Positions 55,979 through 64,000 of a stretch of DNA of 64,000 nucleotides are shown piece after piece. Source of the stretch: an uncultured bacterium (GTDB lineage: Bacteria; Gemmatimonadota; Gemmatimonadetes; Gemmatimonadales; Gemmatimonadaceae). Location of the stretch: the NCBI GenBank assembly GCA_963978095.1, contig CAXBQP010000003.1, forward strand, positions 65,868 to 129,867. The letters run 5' to 3'. Each line of letters begins with the position of its first letter. Positions within the stretch are counted from its first letter, which is position 1. Under the pieces are notes generated by a model, which made no database searches, was not told the origin of the DNA, and saw only the letters and a program-made list of their open reading frames with translations. Made by a program: the position numbers and the translations under genes.

Positions 55979-56092
55979 GGGCGAAGCCCTCCAGTAAACA
56001 GAACGACCCAGCACACGAAATGTTCCGGCGCGTGCGGACCAGCAGTCACGGAACGCGGAGCAGTACGCAGACACCCCAGAGTCCGCGGCGCA

Positions 56093-56839
56093 CTACTCCG
56101 CGCCGCTCAGATGGCGTTCGTAATCCATCGGGGTTCCCCATCCGACATACGCGCCGACCTCGAGCACGCCGGTCCGGGTGCCGAGCGCGATCGCGTCGTT
56201 CATGACGTCGTCCACGTAGAACTCGCCACGCACGCGTCGGTCGAGTGCCACCAGACGATGCGCGGCGCGCAGGAAATCGCCGGCGCGTCGGAAGCTGAAC
56301 GTGCCCACGACCGCGTGATCCGCGAGTGGCGTTTCGCTGATCGGCACCTTCACGGAGACGCGACGCACGGTGCCATCCGTGCCGACATCGACCCAGCCGT
56401 ACATGCGCGGGTCCTGCAGGACGGCCGGGTTCCCGCGGAAGGTCCAGATGAGCGCGTCGATGCCGGGTGGGGTCCAGAGCGGTTCCGTCGCGGTGCGTGT
56501 CACGGCGGCGTCGCAGGGGCCGATCGTGAGCTCGTCGTCCTCGCGCAACCACGGCTCCGCGAGCAAGCAGGTCGCCGCTTGTCCGGCCGTGAGCGCAGGG
56601 ACCGTGACAATCCGGCAGTGCGGGAACGCGGCGCCGAGCGTGGCCTCGAGCGGGAACTGCGCGAGGTGTTCGGCACGGCAGCAGAAGATGCAGAGGTCCG
56701 CCTCGGGAAGTGCGCGCGCCGCGCGCACGATCATCGGTTCCCCGTCGACTGGCAGGAGCGGTTTCGGGATGGCGTATCCCGCGTCGGCGAATCGCGCCCC
56801 CGCGCCTGCGGCGGGAATGAGATTGACGCGCCGACTCAT
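56093..56839 (-). CDS. Sugar nucleotidyltransferase, BcbE-like GT-A fold
   Basis: IPAAGAGARF..AGY..PKPLL.VDG.PM, T.GQA.T, CD, K..IS, GEFYVD and WGTP.D. Confidence 0.88.
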   Translation of the reverse strand: MSRRVNLIPAAGAGARFADAGYAIPKPLLPVDGEPMIVRAARALPEADLCIFCCRAEHLAQFPLEATLGAAFPHCRIVTVPALTAGQAATCLLAEPWLREDDELTIGPCDAAVTRTATEPLWTPPGIDALIWTFRGNPAVLQDPRMYGWVDVGTDGTVRRVSVKVPISETPLADHAVVGTFSFRRAGDFLRAAHRLVALDRRVRGEFYVDDVMNDAIALGTRTGVLEVGAYVGWGTPMDYERHLSGAE

Positions 56840-57450
56840 GCCCGCGGCGCTCCGTCCAGCGCGATGGTCGCGAGCGGCTCGTGCTGATCGCCGGTAATGC
56901 GCCAGACCGATACCGCGTGGACCGGAACGGACACTGGGGAGAATGGCGCGAGCAAGGCGCGCAGTTCGGGCGCGTCCGCGCCGGTCGCGAAGGAGCCGAT
57001 CGTGAAGTGGGGGCGCCAGTGCGCCCCGATCCACGGACTGCCGAACGCCCGCATGCTGTGCGAGGCTCGACTGTCCTGATACTGAAACGCCAGTGACTCG
57101 GCGGTGGCGCGATCCCGATATGGCGCGATCGTCTGCGCGACCACCAACTGCAGCGCCGACAGCTCGTCTGACGGAACGATATCGATCACGACCGTGGAAC
57201 CCCCGGTCGCCGGATCGCCGGCAAAGACCGAGGAGGTGCAACAGGCAATCGCGAACGCCGGCACCGTTGCCAATCGTGTCGTCAGTGCTGACGTCCACTC
57301 CTCGGGCTCGGCGAAGGCTCCCGCCACCAGCGTCGCGTGGATCGGGTGTGACAGGTAGGTCGCGTCTGGCCAGCGCGTGGCTGCCGATGCTTTGCGTTCA
57401 CGCACGAGCAGCTCCAGCGCGGGCGTGGGATCGATGAACAGGCCGATCAT
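56836..57450 (-). CDS. 2H phosphoesterase family protein
   Basis: HPIHATL and W.PHFTI HxT motifs. ATGA-coupled on both sides. Confidence 0.8.
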   Translation of the reverse strand: MIGLFIDPTPALELLVRERKASAATRWPDATYLSHPIHATLVAGAFAEPEEWTSALTTRLATVPAFAIACCTSSVFAGDPATGGSTVVIDIVPSDELSALQLVVAQTIAPYRDRATAESLAFQYQDSRASHSMRAFGSPWIGAHWRPHFTIGSFATGADAPELRALLAPFSPVSVPVHAVSVWRITGDQHEPLATIALDGAPRA

Positions 57451-58898
57451 CGACCACCGACTCCGAGGTCGACGATCGCGCCCAGCCGCGCCGGCGTCAG
57501 CGACGGTACGAGGCGATCCCCGATGACGAACGTCTCGATCGGCTCCACATGCCCCACGGCAATCCGATGCCAGTGGCGACGCGGGATGTCGAGGCGTGAT
57601 CCCAGCAGCGTGCGGAGGACGACATTGTGGGTCACGACCAGCGAGTGACCACGGAGCGGCAGGAGATCGCGGATCGCGGCGTCGAGTCGTGCCAGCACAT
57701 CGGCATGACACTCCCCCCCTGGAAACGGGGCATCGTGACCGGTCTGCCACGCGCGCACCACCGCCGGGAACTGCCGGGAGAGCTCTTCAAAGGTCAAACC
57801 TTCGGCGGCCCCGTAGTCGATTTCCACGAGACGCGGGTCATGGGTGACGGGGAGGGCAGGCACCACGCGTTCTGCGGTCTGCAACGCGCGACGCGCGGGG
57901 CTCGACCGCACCCGATCCCATTGGCCGGACATCGGTGATATTCCCGCGGCATCGGCCACTGAAGGATCGCGTCCCTGACCGAGGAAAGTCCCGTCGTTGC
58001 GTGCCGTTGCGGCGTGGCGCATCCAGACGATCCGCGGCAGCGTCGCGATGATGCGCGCGATGGCTGCGGTGAACTCCTCGGCGAACTCGATGGCCAGCCC
58101 GAGAGTGCGCGACGAATATTCGGCGGCGCCGGCGCGCTTGGTCGCGAGCATGGCGAGGTATTCCGGGCATCGTCCGGCCGAGTCGGGCAACCATTGCGCC
58201 CAAGCCGCGGCGAGGGCGTCGTCCGAGAGCGGTACATTGCGGCCGGTCAACACCTTGGCAAGGTTGGTGAGGAGGTGCTTCACCACATGCACCGCGTACT
58301 CGCCCCGATTGCGGGGATCGAGGGCGACCTGTTGGACCTCCATCGACACCGTGTCATCCGAGTGCCATGCATAGGCCCGCACGCTCACGGTACCCGCGTT
58401 CAGATCATGCAGGTAATTCGCGACGCCGCGACGGGCGTCGAGCAACGCGGGCGGGGCGATCGGCGACACGGGGAAGGTCTCGCGCAACGACGGACCGTAC
58501 CCATGATCCACGCGCTCCCAGTCCAGGCAGGTGAAGGGACTCGCGAGCACATGCGCGCGATGTGAGGCCACATCATAGATCATCAGGTGCACGACGATCT
58601 CGTTGCCGGCGCCGAGTTTCTGCGGACCCAAGGTGTGGTTGATGCGAACCGGGACACCCGGCAAGCCGAAGTCGCGGCCGTCGATTGCCCGGACCGCCGC
58701 CACACAGGCCTCGAAACGCGGGCGGGTGAGCGCCGAGAGGATCACGACCACGTCCACATCACCCGGTGCCACCGTGGCGTCCGGTTCCCAGTACGACCCC
58801 ACGAAGCGGACGCTGCGCACCCCATCCAGCGGAGCGAGCGCGCCGATGAGGGCTTCGCGCGCGCTGTGGCGCTGCGAGTCGCGCGAGAACGTGCTCAC
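57447..58898 (-). CDS. Fusion of a Pol-beta-like nucleotidyltransferase domain and a histidine phosphatase
   Basis: N-terminal FVGS...DVDVVV...HLMIYD; C-terminal RHAAT.RN, SSP..RA.QTA, EIDYG..EG, PGGE and VTH. Confidence 0.85.
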   Translation of the reverse strand: MSTFSRDSQRHSAREALIGALAPLDGVRSVRFVGSYWEPDATVAPGDVDVVVILSALTRPRFEACVAAVRAIDGRDFGLPGVPVRINHTLGPQKLGAGNEIVVHLMIYDVASHRAHVLASPFTCLDWERVDHGYGPSLRETFPVSPIAPPALLDARRGVANYLHDLNAGTVSVRAYAWHSDDTVSMEVQQVALDPRNRGEYAVHVVKHLLTNLAKVLTGRNVPLSDDALAAAWAQWLPDSAGRCPEYLAMLATKRAGAAEYSSRTLGLAIEFAEEFTAAIARIIATLPRIVWMRHAATARNDGTFLGQGRDPSVADAAGISPMSGQWDRVRSSPARRALQTAERVVPALPVTHDPRLVEIDYGAAEGLTFEELSRQFPAVVRAWQTGHDAPFPGGECHADVLARLDAAIRDLLPLRGHSLVVTHNVVLRTLLGSRLDIPRRHWHRIAVGHVEPIETFVIGDRLVPSLTPARLGAIVDLGVGGR

Positions 58899-58922
58899 GG
58901 ACGAGGGCTCACGGGGACCGAG

Positions 58923-59996
58923 TCACGGCACTTCGTAGGCGCTCGACGTCTGCAACCGCAGAATCTGCCGTTGCGGATTCGCGCTGCTGAGCACCGAGGA
59001 CGCGGAGACCGCGAGCTCGACGTCGAGCCCGCCGATGTTGTGCTCGTTCACTCCTCCGTCCACGCAGAGCGTGAGACGTTGGCGTTCAGTCCAGCCGCTG
59101 ATCTCGCGGATCTGTGCGCGGACGTGCGGGTCCTGCGCTTGTCCGGAGGCGCCGGGGTTCTCGATGGCGAGCAACAGGATGTGGTCGATATGCGGAAGGA
59201 AGGGGCGGACCGCGTCCACCGACTCCGTGACACGCACACAGAGGCCGGCTTTGCGCCGACCGCGCGTGATGGCGGTGAGGACCGCGGCGACCGGCTCGTC
59301 GAGATCGAGATGGATGAAGATCACATCGGCGTACGGGAGCAGGTCCGGCAACCAGCGCGACGGGGTTCGCGACATCACGTGCACATGCACCGGCTTGTCG
59401 GGCCAGAATGCGCGCACGACCTCGGCGCGATTGCTCGCCGGTTCGCCTTTGTCCGGGGCGACGGTGGTGTCGACCAGATCCACGTGGATGAAGTTCGGAT
59501 ACGCGCCGACTTTCTCCCAGATTCCGCGGATGTCCTCCACGCGGTCGACGTACACCGCGACCCCGACCTGTTTGGAGTCGTGGAACGAGTAGCGTCGGTG
59601 CAGCGTGTACGCGATCAGGAAGAGCGCGCCCGAGGTGGCGATGCGCGATTGTTCATACGTCCATCCCATCGCGCCCAAGCGGGACTTGAAGAGGTAGTTG
59701 AGAGCCAGCGAGAACGTCGAGATGAGCGCGAAGTACCGGAATGCCCGCCCGCGCTTGGCGGGCGGGATCCGGAAATTGAAGCGCGTATTCAGGTAGTAGG
59801 CCGCCAGCACGGCGCAGGCGACCCCGATCCCCGCCGCGAAAATCCGGGGGAATCCGAACCCGTTCTCGAGGGTGTGCAGGATCCCCACCTCGAGGAGGAG
59901 CGACAACCCGCCGATCACCATGTACGACGCGAGGAACCGATGCCGGTACCAGAGCGCCGCGAGGTCCGCGTCGGCCTGCGGGTGCAACAGCCTCAT
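58923..59996 (-). CDS. Fusion of a GtrA-like flippase and a ribulose-phosphate 3-epimerase
   Basis: N-terminal 4-TM unit (Y..IGG, YYLN.RFNF, Y.LHRRYSF); C-terminal IHVDLVD, VHVM, NPG.SGQ and VDGGVN. Confidence 0.87.
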   Translation of the reverse strand: MRLLHPQADADLAALWYRHRFLASYMVIGGLSLLLEVGILHTLENGFGFPRIFAAGIGVACAVLAAYYLNTRFNFRIPPAKRGRAFRYFALISTFSLALNYLFKSRLGAMGWTYEQSRIATSGALFLIAYTLHRRYSFHDSKQVGVAVYVDRVEDIRGIWEKVGAYPNFIHVDLVDTTVAPDKGEPASNRAEVVRAFWPDKPVHVHVMSRTPSRWLPDLLPYADVIFIHLDLDEPVAAVLTAITRGRRKAGLCVRVTESVDAVRPFLPHIDHILLLAIENPGASGQAQDPHVRAQIREISGWTERQRLTLCVDGGVNEHNIGGLDVELAVSASSVLSSANPQRQILRLQTSSAYEVP

Positions 59997-61489
59997 GGGT
60001 GCGTCAGGGGTCCGTGGGTCACGAGGGATAAGTTAGCACGTATCCCGCGGCGGCAATCCCAGACGCGCACGCCTCCAGAGTCGGCGATCATGCGGCCGCG
60101 TGCGGCAACCAGGTCGTGCACGAATCGCGCGTAATCGGGATTCACGAAGCCTTCGCTCCCGCGGCGCGGTGCGATTTCAATGCACAGATCCGGACGATTC
60201 CGCTCGAAGCCCTCACGGAATCGCTCTTGGAGGTCCACGGAGCGACCGATGGCGGCGCGATAATCGTTCTCCGGGTTGAAGCCGGCGGCAGCGATCCCGG
60301 CGTCGAAGTAGAACTCCGGGATGGGCGCCGGGAATGTGTAGACGGTGCGCGCCCCGTCACGTCGTGCCATCCGGACCGCCATCTCGTAATCCCGCTCGGC
60401 CACCAGTTGCCAGGTCCACGCCGCATGGTGGCTGTAGCGCAGCGTCTCCCGGACACCGTAGCCGATGTACACACTGATCAGCAGTGCGATCACGGGGAGC
60501 GCCCCGCGGGCCCCGCGGCAAAGGCTCGCCATGGCCGACGCGGCGAGCACGGTGACAGGTGGCACCAGCAGGAGCAAGTGCGGGGGCCATCCCTTGGTGG
60601 TGAGTACCGTTATCGCTCCCAGGGCGAGCACGATCAGCGACACCCGATGCCTGGTCATCCACCGGGTCAGCGATGCCTTGCGCGCCCCGGACGCGGGCAG
60701 GCGACGCCAGGCGCCGGAGACGAGCCATGCACCGACCAAAAGTCCCGCCGACTTGCCCGCGAACTTCGCCAGCGCGCGCATGCCGGCCAGCGGTTCCGGG
60801 TGGTAATACCGGCCCGAGAAAAGCACGAGGTTGCCGAAGCTCTCGTGGAAGAGCGCGAAGTGCGCCGCGAAGGCGACGACCACCGCGACGCCGGCGATGA
60901 CGCACAGCGAGACCGACTGTGCCGCGAGGCCCAGCACGATCACGAAGACGACCAGATACTGCTTGAGCAGCGCCAACGCGACTACGGCGGCCACGCTCAT
61001 CGTCCGCACCCACGGGCGCCGCACGTCGTGGACCACGAGCAGATACATCACGCCCGCGATCAGCAGATTGATCGGATGTTCCAACTGTGCCGACGCGATG
61101 CCGTTCGGCGCGCGATTGACGAAGGCATAGTAGAGCAAGCCGGCCAGGAGGCCGGTAGTCTCGTCACCGGCGAGCCGGGTCGCCACGCGTGACAGCAGGA
61201 GCGCCGTCGCCACGATGAGCAGCGTGGTGATGCTCCACAGTGCCAAGAGGGGGTGCGCGCTGAGAAGCGCCAACTTGTACGACAGGATGGAGAGCGCCGG
61301 CTTGTTGAACAGGGTGTCGCGATACAGCGTGAGCCACGTTGCCGGGACCTGGGCCGTCACCAGATACAGCGGCTCATCCACATTCAGCGGGAGCCGTGTG
61401 GCGCCTGGCGCCCGGACCGCGAGCCCGGCGGCCAGGACGATGCCCGATGCCATCCAAGCCGTGGGACGACGCATCGCGGGGGGTGTCAT
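59993..61489 (-). CDS. GT-C fold (ArnT/PMT-like) membrane glycosyltransferase
   Basis: After TM1, NVDEPLY (DE motif) and LY.D...NKP; LLKQ; many TM helices and a soluble C-terminal tail. Confidence 0.75.
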   Translation of the reverse strand: MTPPAMRRPTAWMASGIVLAAGLAVRAPGATRLPLNVDEPLYLVTAQVPATWLTLYRDTLFNKPALSILSYKLALLSAHPLLALWSITTLLIVATALLLSRVATRLAGDETTGLLAGLLYYAFVNRAPNGIASAQLEHPINLLIAGVMYLLVVHDVRRPWVRTMSVAAVVALALLKQYLVVFVIVLGLAAQSVSLCVIAGVAVVVAFAAHFALFHESFGNLVLFSGRYYHPEPLAGMRALAKFAGKSAGLLVGAWLVSGAWRRLPASGARKASLTRWMTRHRVSLIVLALGAITVLTTKGWPPHLLLLVPPVTVLAASAMASLCRGARGALPVIALLISVYIGYGVRETLRYSHHAAWTWQLVAERDYEMAVRMARRDGARTVYTFPAPIPEFYFDAGIAAAGFNPENDYRAAIGRSVDLQERFREGFERNRPDLCIEIAPRRGSEGFVNPDYARFVHDLVAARGRMIADSGGVRVWDCRRGIRANLSLVTHGPLTHP

Positions 61490-61513
61490 GGGCAACGGGA
61501 GCGCACGGTGGTT

Positions 61514-62332
61514 CTACTCGGTGCCGATTTTCTGCAGGACGATCGACCGCCCCATCGCGCAGACATCGGGTGCGAGTGCCACCAGCTGACGGTCCAGCCA
61601 CTCCACAAGGTCCAGGAGGGCGGTCGGGACCGCGGGCCGCCATGCCTGTGCGATCACACCGCCCGAGAGCGGGAAGAGCAGCGTCTCGCTCAACGCGTCG
61701 TGCACCAGTCGGAACCCCGGCACCTCGCGGGCGAACCGTACCGGGTCATCGAAGAGCAGTCGCGGAATCGCGCAGTTCGCCGACCAGGGATCGCGCGGGT
61801 CGTTGGCGACGGCGTCCCGATCGAACACGTCAACATCGAAGGACCACCCTTCGTGTCGCATGAGGCGCAGCAGCGCCCGGAGCATCAGCCCCGTGTGGAT
61901 CTCCTGGATCACCAGGAGACCACCGGGGCGCAACTGTTGATGCACGACCTCCAGAAAGCGGCGCGGGGAAGAGAGATGGTGGATCATGTGCGAGCAGATG
62001 AAGGCATCGACGCTCGCGGCCGCGAACGGCGGTTGCATCGCATTCACCGCGAGATCGATCCACGGGTAGTGACCGACATCCGTCAGGAGGATGGGGAGGT
62101 CGGACAGGAACAGCTTCGCGAAGCCCGCCCCCGACCCGAGCTCCACCACGCGCTCGCGACCGGCCAGAAAGGGGCGCATCCAGCCGTAGCGCCGCGTGAG
62201 CAATCGTGTGAGCGCGACCGGTCGTTCCGCCAGATACCGCGCTCTCGCCCGTGTGACGTCCCCTTCGAATCGCATCCGGTTGTCGGCATGCGCGGGGAAG
62301 TACGGGCCCCGAAGCAACAGGTGGTCGAGCAC
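61514..62332 (-). CDS. Class I SAM-dependent methyltransferase
   Basis: VELGSGAG, PF...SVD, MIHH and L.PGG.L.I.E. Confidence 0.9.
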   Translation of the reverse strand: MLDHLLLRGPYFPAHADNRMRFEGDVTRARARYLAERPVALTRLLTRRYGWMRPFLAGRERVVELGSGAGFAKLFLSDLPILLTDVGHYPWIDLAVNAMQPPFAAASVDAFICSHMIHHLSSPRRFLEVVHQQLRPGGLLVIQEIHTGLMLRALLRLMRHEGWSFDVDVFDRDAVANDPRDPWSANCAIPRLLFDDPVRFAREVPGFRLVHDALSETLLFPLSGGVIAQAWRPAVPTALLDLVEWLDRQLVALAPDVCAMGRSIVLQKIGTE

Positions 62333-62549
62333 GAGGTATCCGGGGGGTGAATGGGGCAGGCGTCGGCGCCGACGATGGGTCGACGGCGGATCATCTGATT
62401 CCGAACATACCCTCGGGTGCGTGGCACCGCAGGGGGTACGAGGGCCTCACGATCCCGGGTGGGGTGCTGTGGATGACCGACTGCACGGGCATGAATCCGC
62501 AAATCTCACCGCACACTGCAGAGTACAATGGATGACGTCTAACGCTCAC

Positions 62550-62726
62550 CTACATTTTTATCTTCTTTCCAGAGGCACGACACACCGAGCACATTGTTCG
62601 TGTACCGCCATGAGTGCAGTTTCCGTCAATGCACCCAACGGTGTTGCAGTTCGTGCACTTGATCGCCGGCTGCCCGCTGCCCTTGCCGCATGAGGGACAC
62701 GGGTTGCTGTGACTCCAAATTGTCAT
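62550..62726 (-). CDS. Small (58 aa) Cys-rich putative double zinc-ribbon protein
   Basis: MTIWSHSNPCPSC...CTNC....CIDGNC........CSVCRASGKKIKM: 8 Cys in four pairs. Confidence 0.65.
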   Translation of the reverse strand: MTIWSHSNPCPSCGKGSGQPAIKCTNCNTVGCIDGNCTHGGTRTMCSVCRASGKKIKM

Positions 62727-63103
62727 CAAGATTTCAGGTTGGAGGGTAGGCACTTCTAAGCGTACGCAGTCTCACCCTCTTGAGTAAATCGCGATCGACT
62801 GCACCCAAAAGCATCTGCACAACGTGACAGCGGCTCAGGCGAACATTTCCCTAATGACAATCGAAAACCAGATGCGGGAGCCAGCATTAGTCGCTCAAAG
62901 CATCGGCCGAAAGGATGCTTCACCACAGATGTCTTCTTTCGTTCGACGAGGTAAGACGGTTGCCGGGCGCACGGTGGATGGCCTAGAAACGTGACCGGTG
63001 CATGGATGCTGTGTCTCCTCACCTCAAACGGGTTCCTGAATTCAAGAATTAAAGTTTGAACGAAAACGAAACTACCGTCACGATTCAACGGAGAACGTGC
63101 GTG

Positions 63104-64000
63104 ATGCGACTTCGTCTCTTATGGCTCTTGATGATTGTGGGCAGTGCAATGTCTGGATGTTCTGGACCGACACAACCGACTCCGATTGCATCGATTCAGA
63201 TCACCGCACCGAGCCTGAGTCTTGCCAGTGGTACGACGCTCCAGCTAACGGTTTCGATGCTCAGCAAAGACGGTAAACCACTCGCGGATCGTGTTGTTTC
63301 ATGGTCCTCATCGAACTCATCACTCGCAGCAGTGTCCACAACGGGTCTCGTCACCGCTTCGAATGTGTTCGGTGGAACAGCGGAAAGCGTCACGATAACA
63401 GCGAGCGCCGGGGGGATCACTGCAGCCATATCGCTCAGCGTTACACCAGTTCCAGTAGGCAGTCTGACCGTGAACCCGGCGACCGCGGCGCTGGACGTTG
63501 GAGCGACTCGGCAACTGACGGCGACAGTGATGGATGCAGCGGGCACGGTGCTGACGGGGCGCACGGTGAGCTGGGGGAGTGCCGATACCACAATCGCGAC
63601 GATTACCGCGAGTGGTCTCGTGACGGCGCGAGCCTACGCGGGGGCGCTCACGCGACCGGTGGTCATCACAGCGACAAGTGAGGGGAAGTCAGGCACCGCG
63701 ACGATTTCGGTGAAGCCGAGCCAAGTCGCATCAGTGCGCCTGGAATCTTCAACTGTCTCAATCATAGTCGGCGAGACGATGCAACTTGTCGCGACTCCGC
63801 AGGACAGCTCCGGCAGCATCTTGACAGGGCGTCGCGTCTCATGGACGAGTAGTGCACCAAGTGTCGCCGCGGTATCCGAAGCAGGGTTAGTGACAGCTGT
63901 GGCAATCGGGAGTGCCACTATTACCGTCACTGTTGAGGGACAGTCCGCTTTCGCATCGGTGTCAGTGGTACCGCCGCCGCCGCGCATCGCCGTCACGAGC
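63104..64000 (+). CDS. Lipoprotein with tandem Big_2 Ig-like domains (partial, runs off the window end; absent from the ORF track)
   Basis: RBS GGAGA; MRLRLLWLLMIVGSAMSGC lipobox; three repeats of QL.(A/V)...D..G..L..R.VSW.S....A.V...GLVTA; open to base 64000. Confidence 0.9.
   Translation, partial: MRLRLLWLLMIVGSAMSGCSGPTQPTPIASIQITAPSLSLASGTTLQLTVSMLSKDGKPLADRVVSWSSSNSSLAAVSTTGLVTASNVFGGTAESVTITASAGGITAAISLSVTPVPVGSLTVNPATAALDVGATRQLTATVMDAAGTVLTGRTVSWGSADTTIATITASGLVTARAYAGALTRPVVITATSEGKSGTATISVKPSQVASVRLESSTVSIIVGETMQLVATPQDSSGSILTGRRVSWTSSAPSVAAVSEAGLVTAVAIGSATITVTVEGQSAFASVSVVPPPPRIAVTS

Noticed and set aside
62537..62549. GTTAGAC (attC core GTTRRRY) on the minus strand 6 nt after the microprotein stop
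   Set aside because: No paired RYYYAAC inverse core or attC hairpin at suitable spacing, and no integron integrase in the window.
62898..62920. AAGCAT..CC-GAAA-GG-ATGCTT hairpin upstream of the Big_2 gene, considered as a c-di-GMP or c-di-AMP riboswitch
   Set aside because: The other conserved elements and spacing of those riboswitches are absent; a lone GNRA hairpin is insufficient.

Overview
High-GC bacterial chromosome segment. The gene repertoire (several carboxypeptidase-regulatory/plug proteins, a VPS10/BNR propeller, a Big_2 lipoprotein, Wzi paralogues) suggests Gemmatimonadota; this is an inference. It holds about 55 CDS and one tRNA-Phe(GAA). Main blocks: queF and an M16 peptidase pair; an integrase-less ~2.8 kb island just downstream of tRNA-Phe, bounded by a 66-bp imperfect direct repeat, with IHF-like and arm-site-like motifs at its right end; homospermidine synthase plus ornithine decarboxylase; a copC / DUF305 / LVIVD cluster; ilvE; a zincin plus Ddl-like ATP-grasp pair; tkt; plant/chlamydial-type fabI; a Wzx/Wzy polysaccharide locus with two divergent wzi paralogues; a GNAT-NSAR/OSBS-M20 D-amino-acid conversion operon, divergent from a lipoprotein D-aminoacylase and GntR, with a TTGTATACAA operator; ccdA-tlpA. 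The best candidate for an undescribed system is a six-gene operon at 56093-62332 (SAM methyltransferase, GT-C, GtrA-Rpe fusion, Pol-beta NTase-histidine phosphatase fusion, 2H phosphoesterase, BcbE-like nucleotidyltransferase), possibly a ketopentose activation, flipping and transfer pathway. All product calls come from motif recognition by eye, not database searches. Start codons were adjusted by hand where the ORF track overextended.
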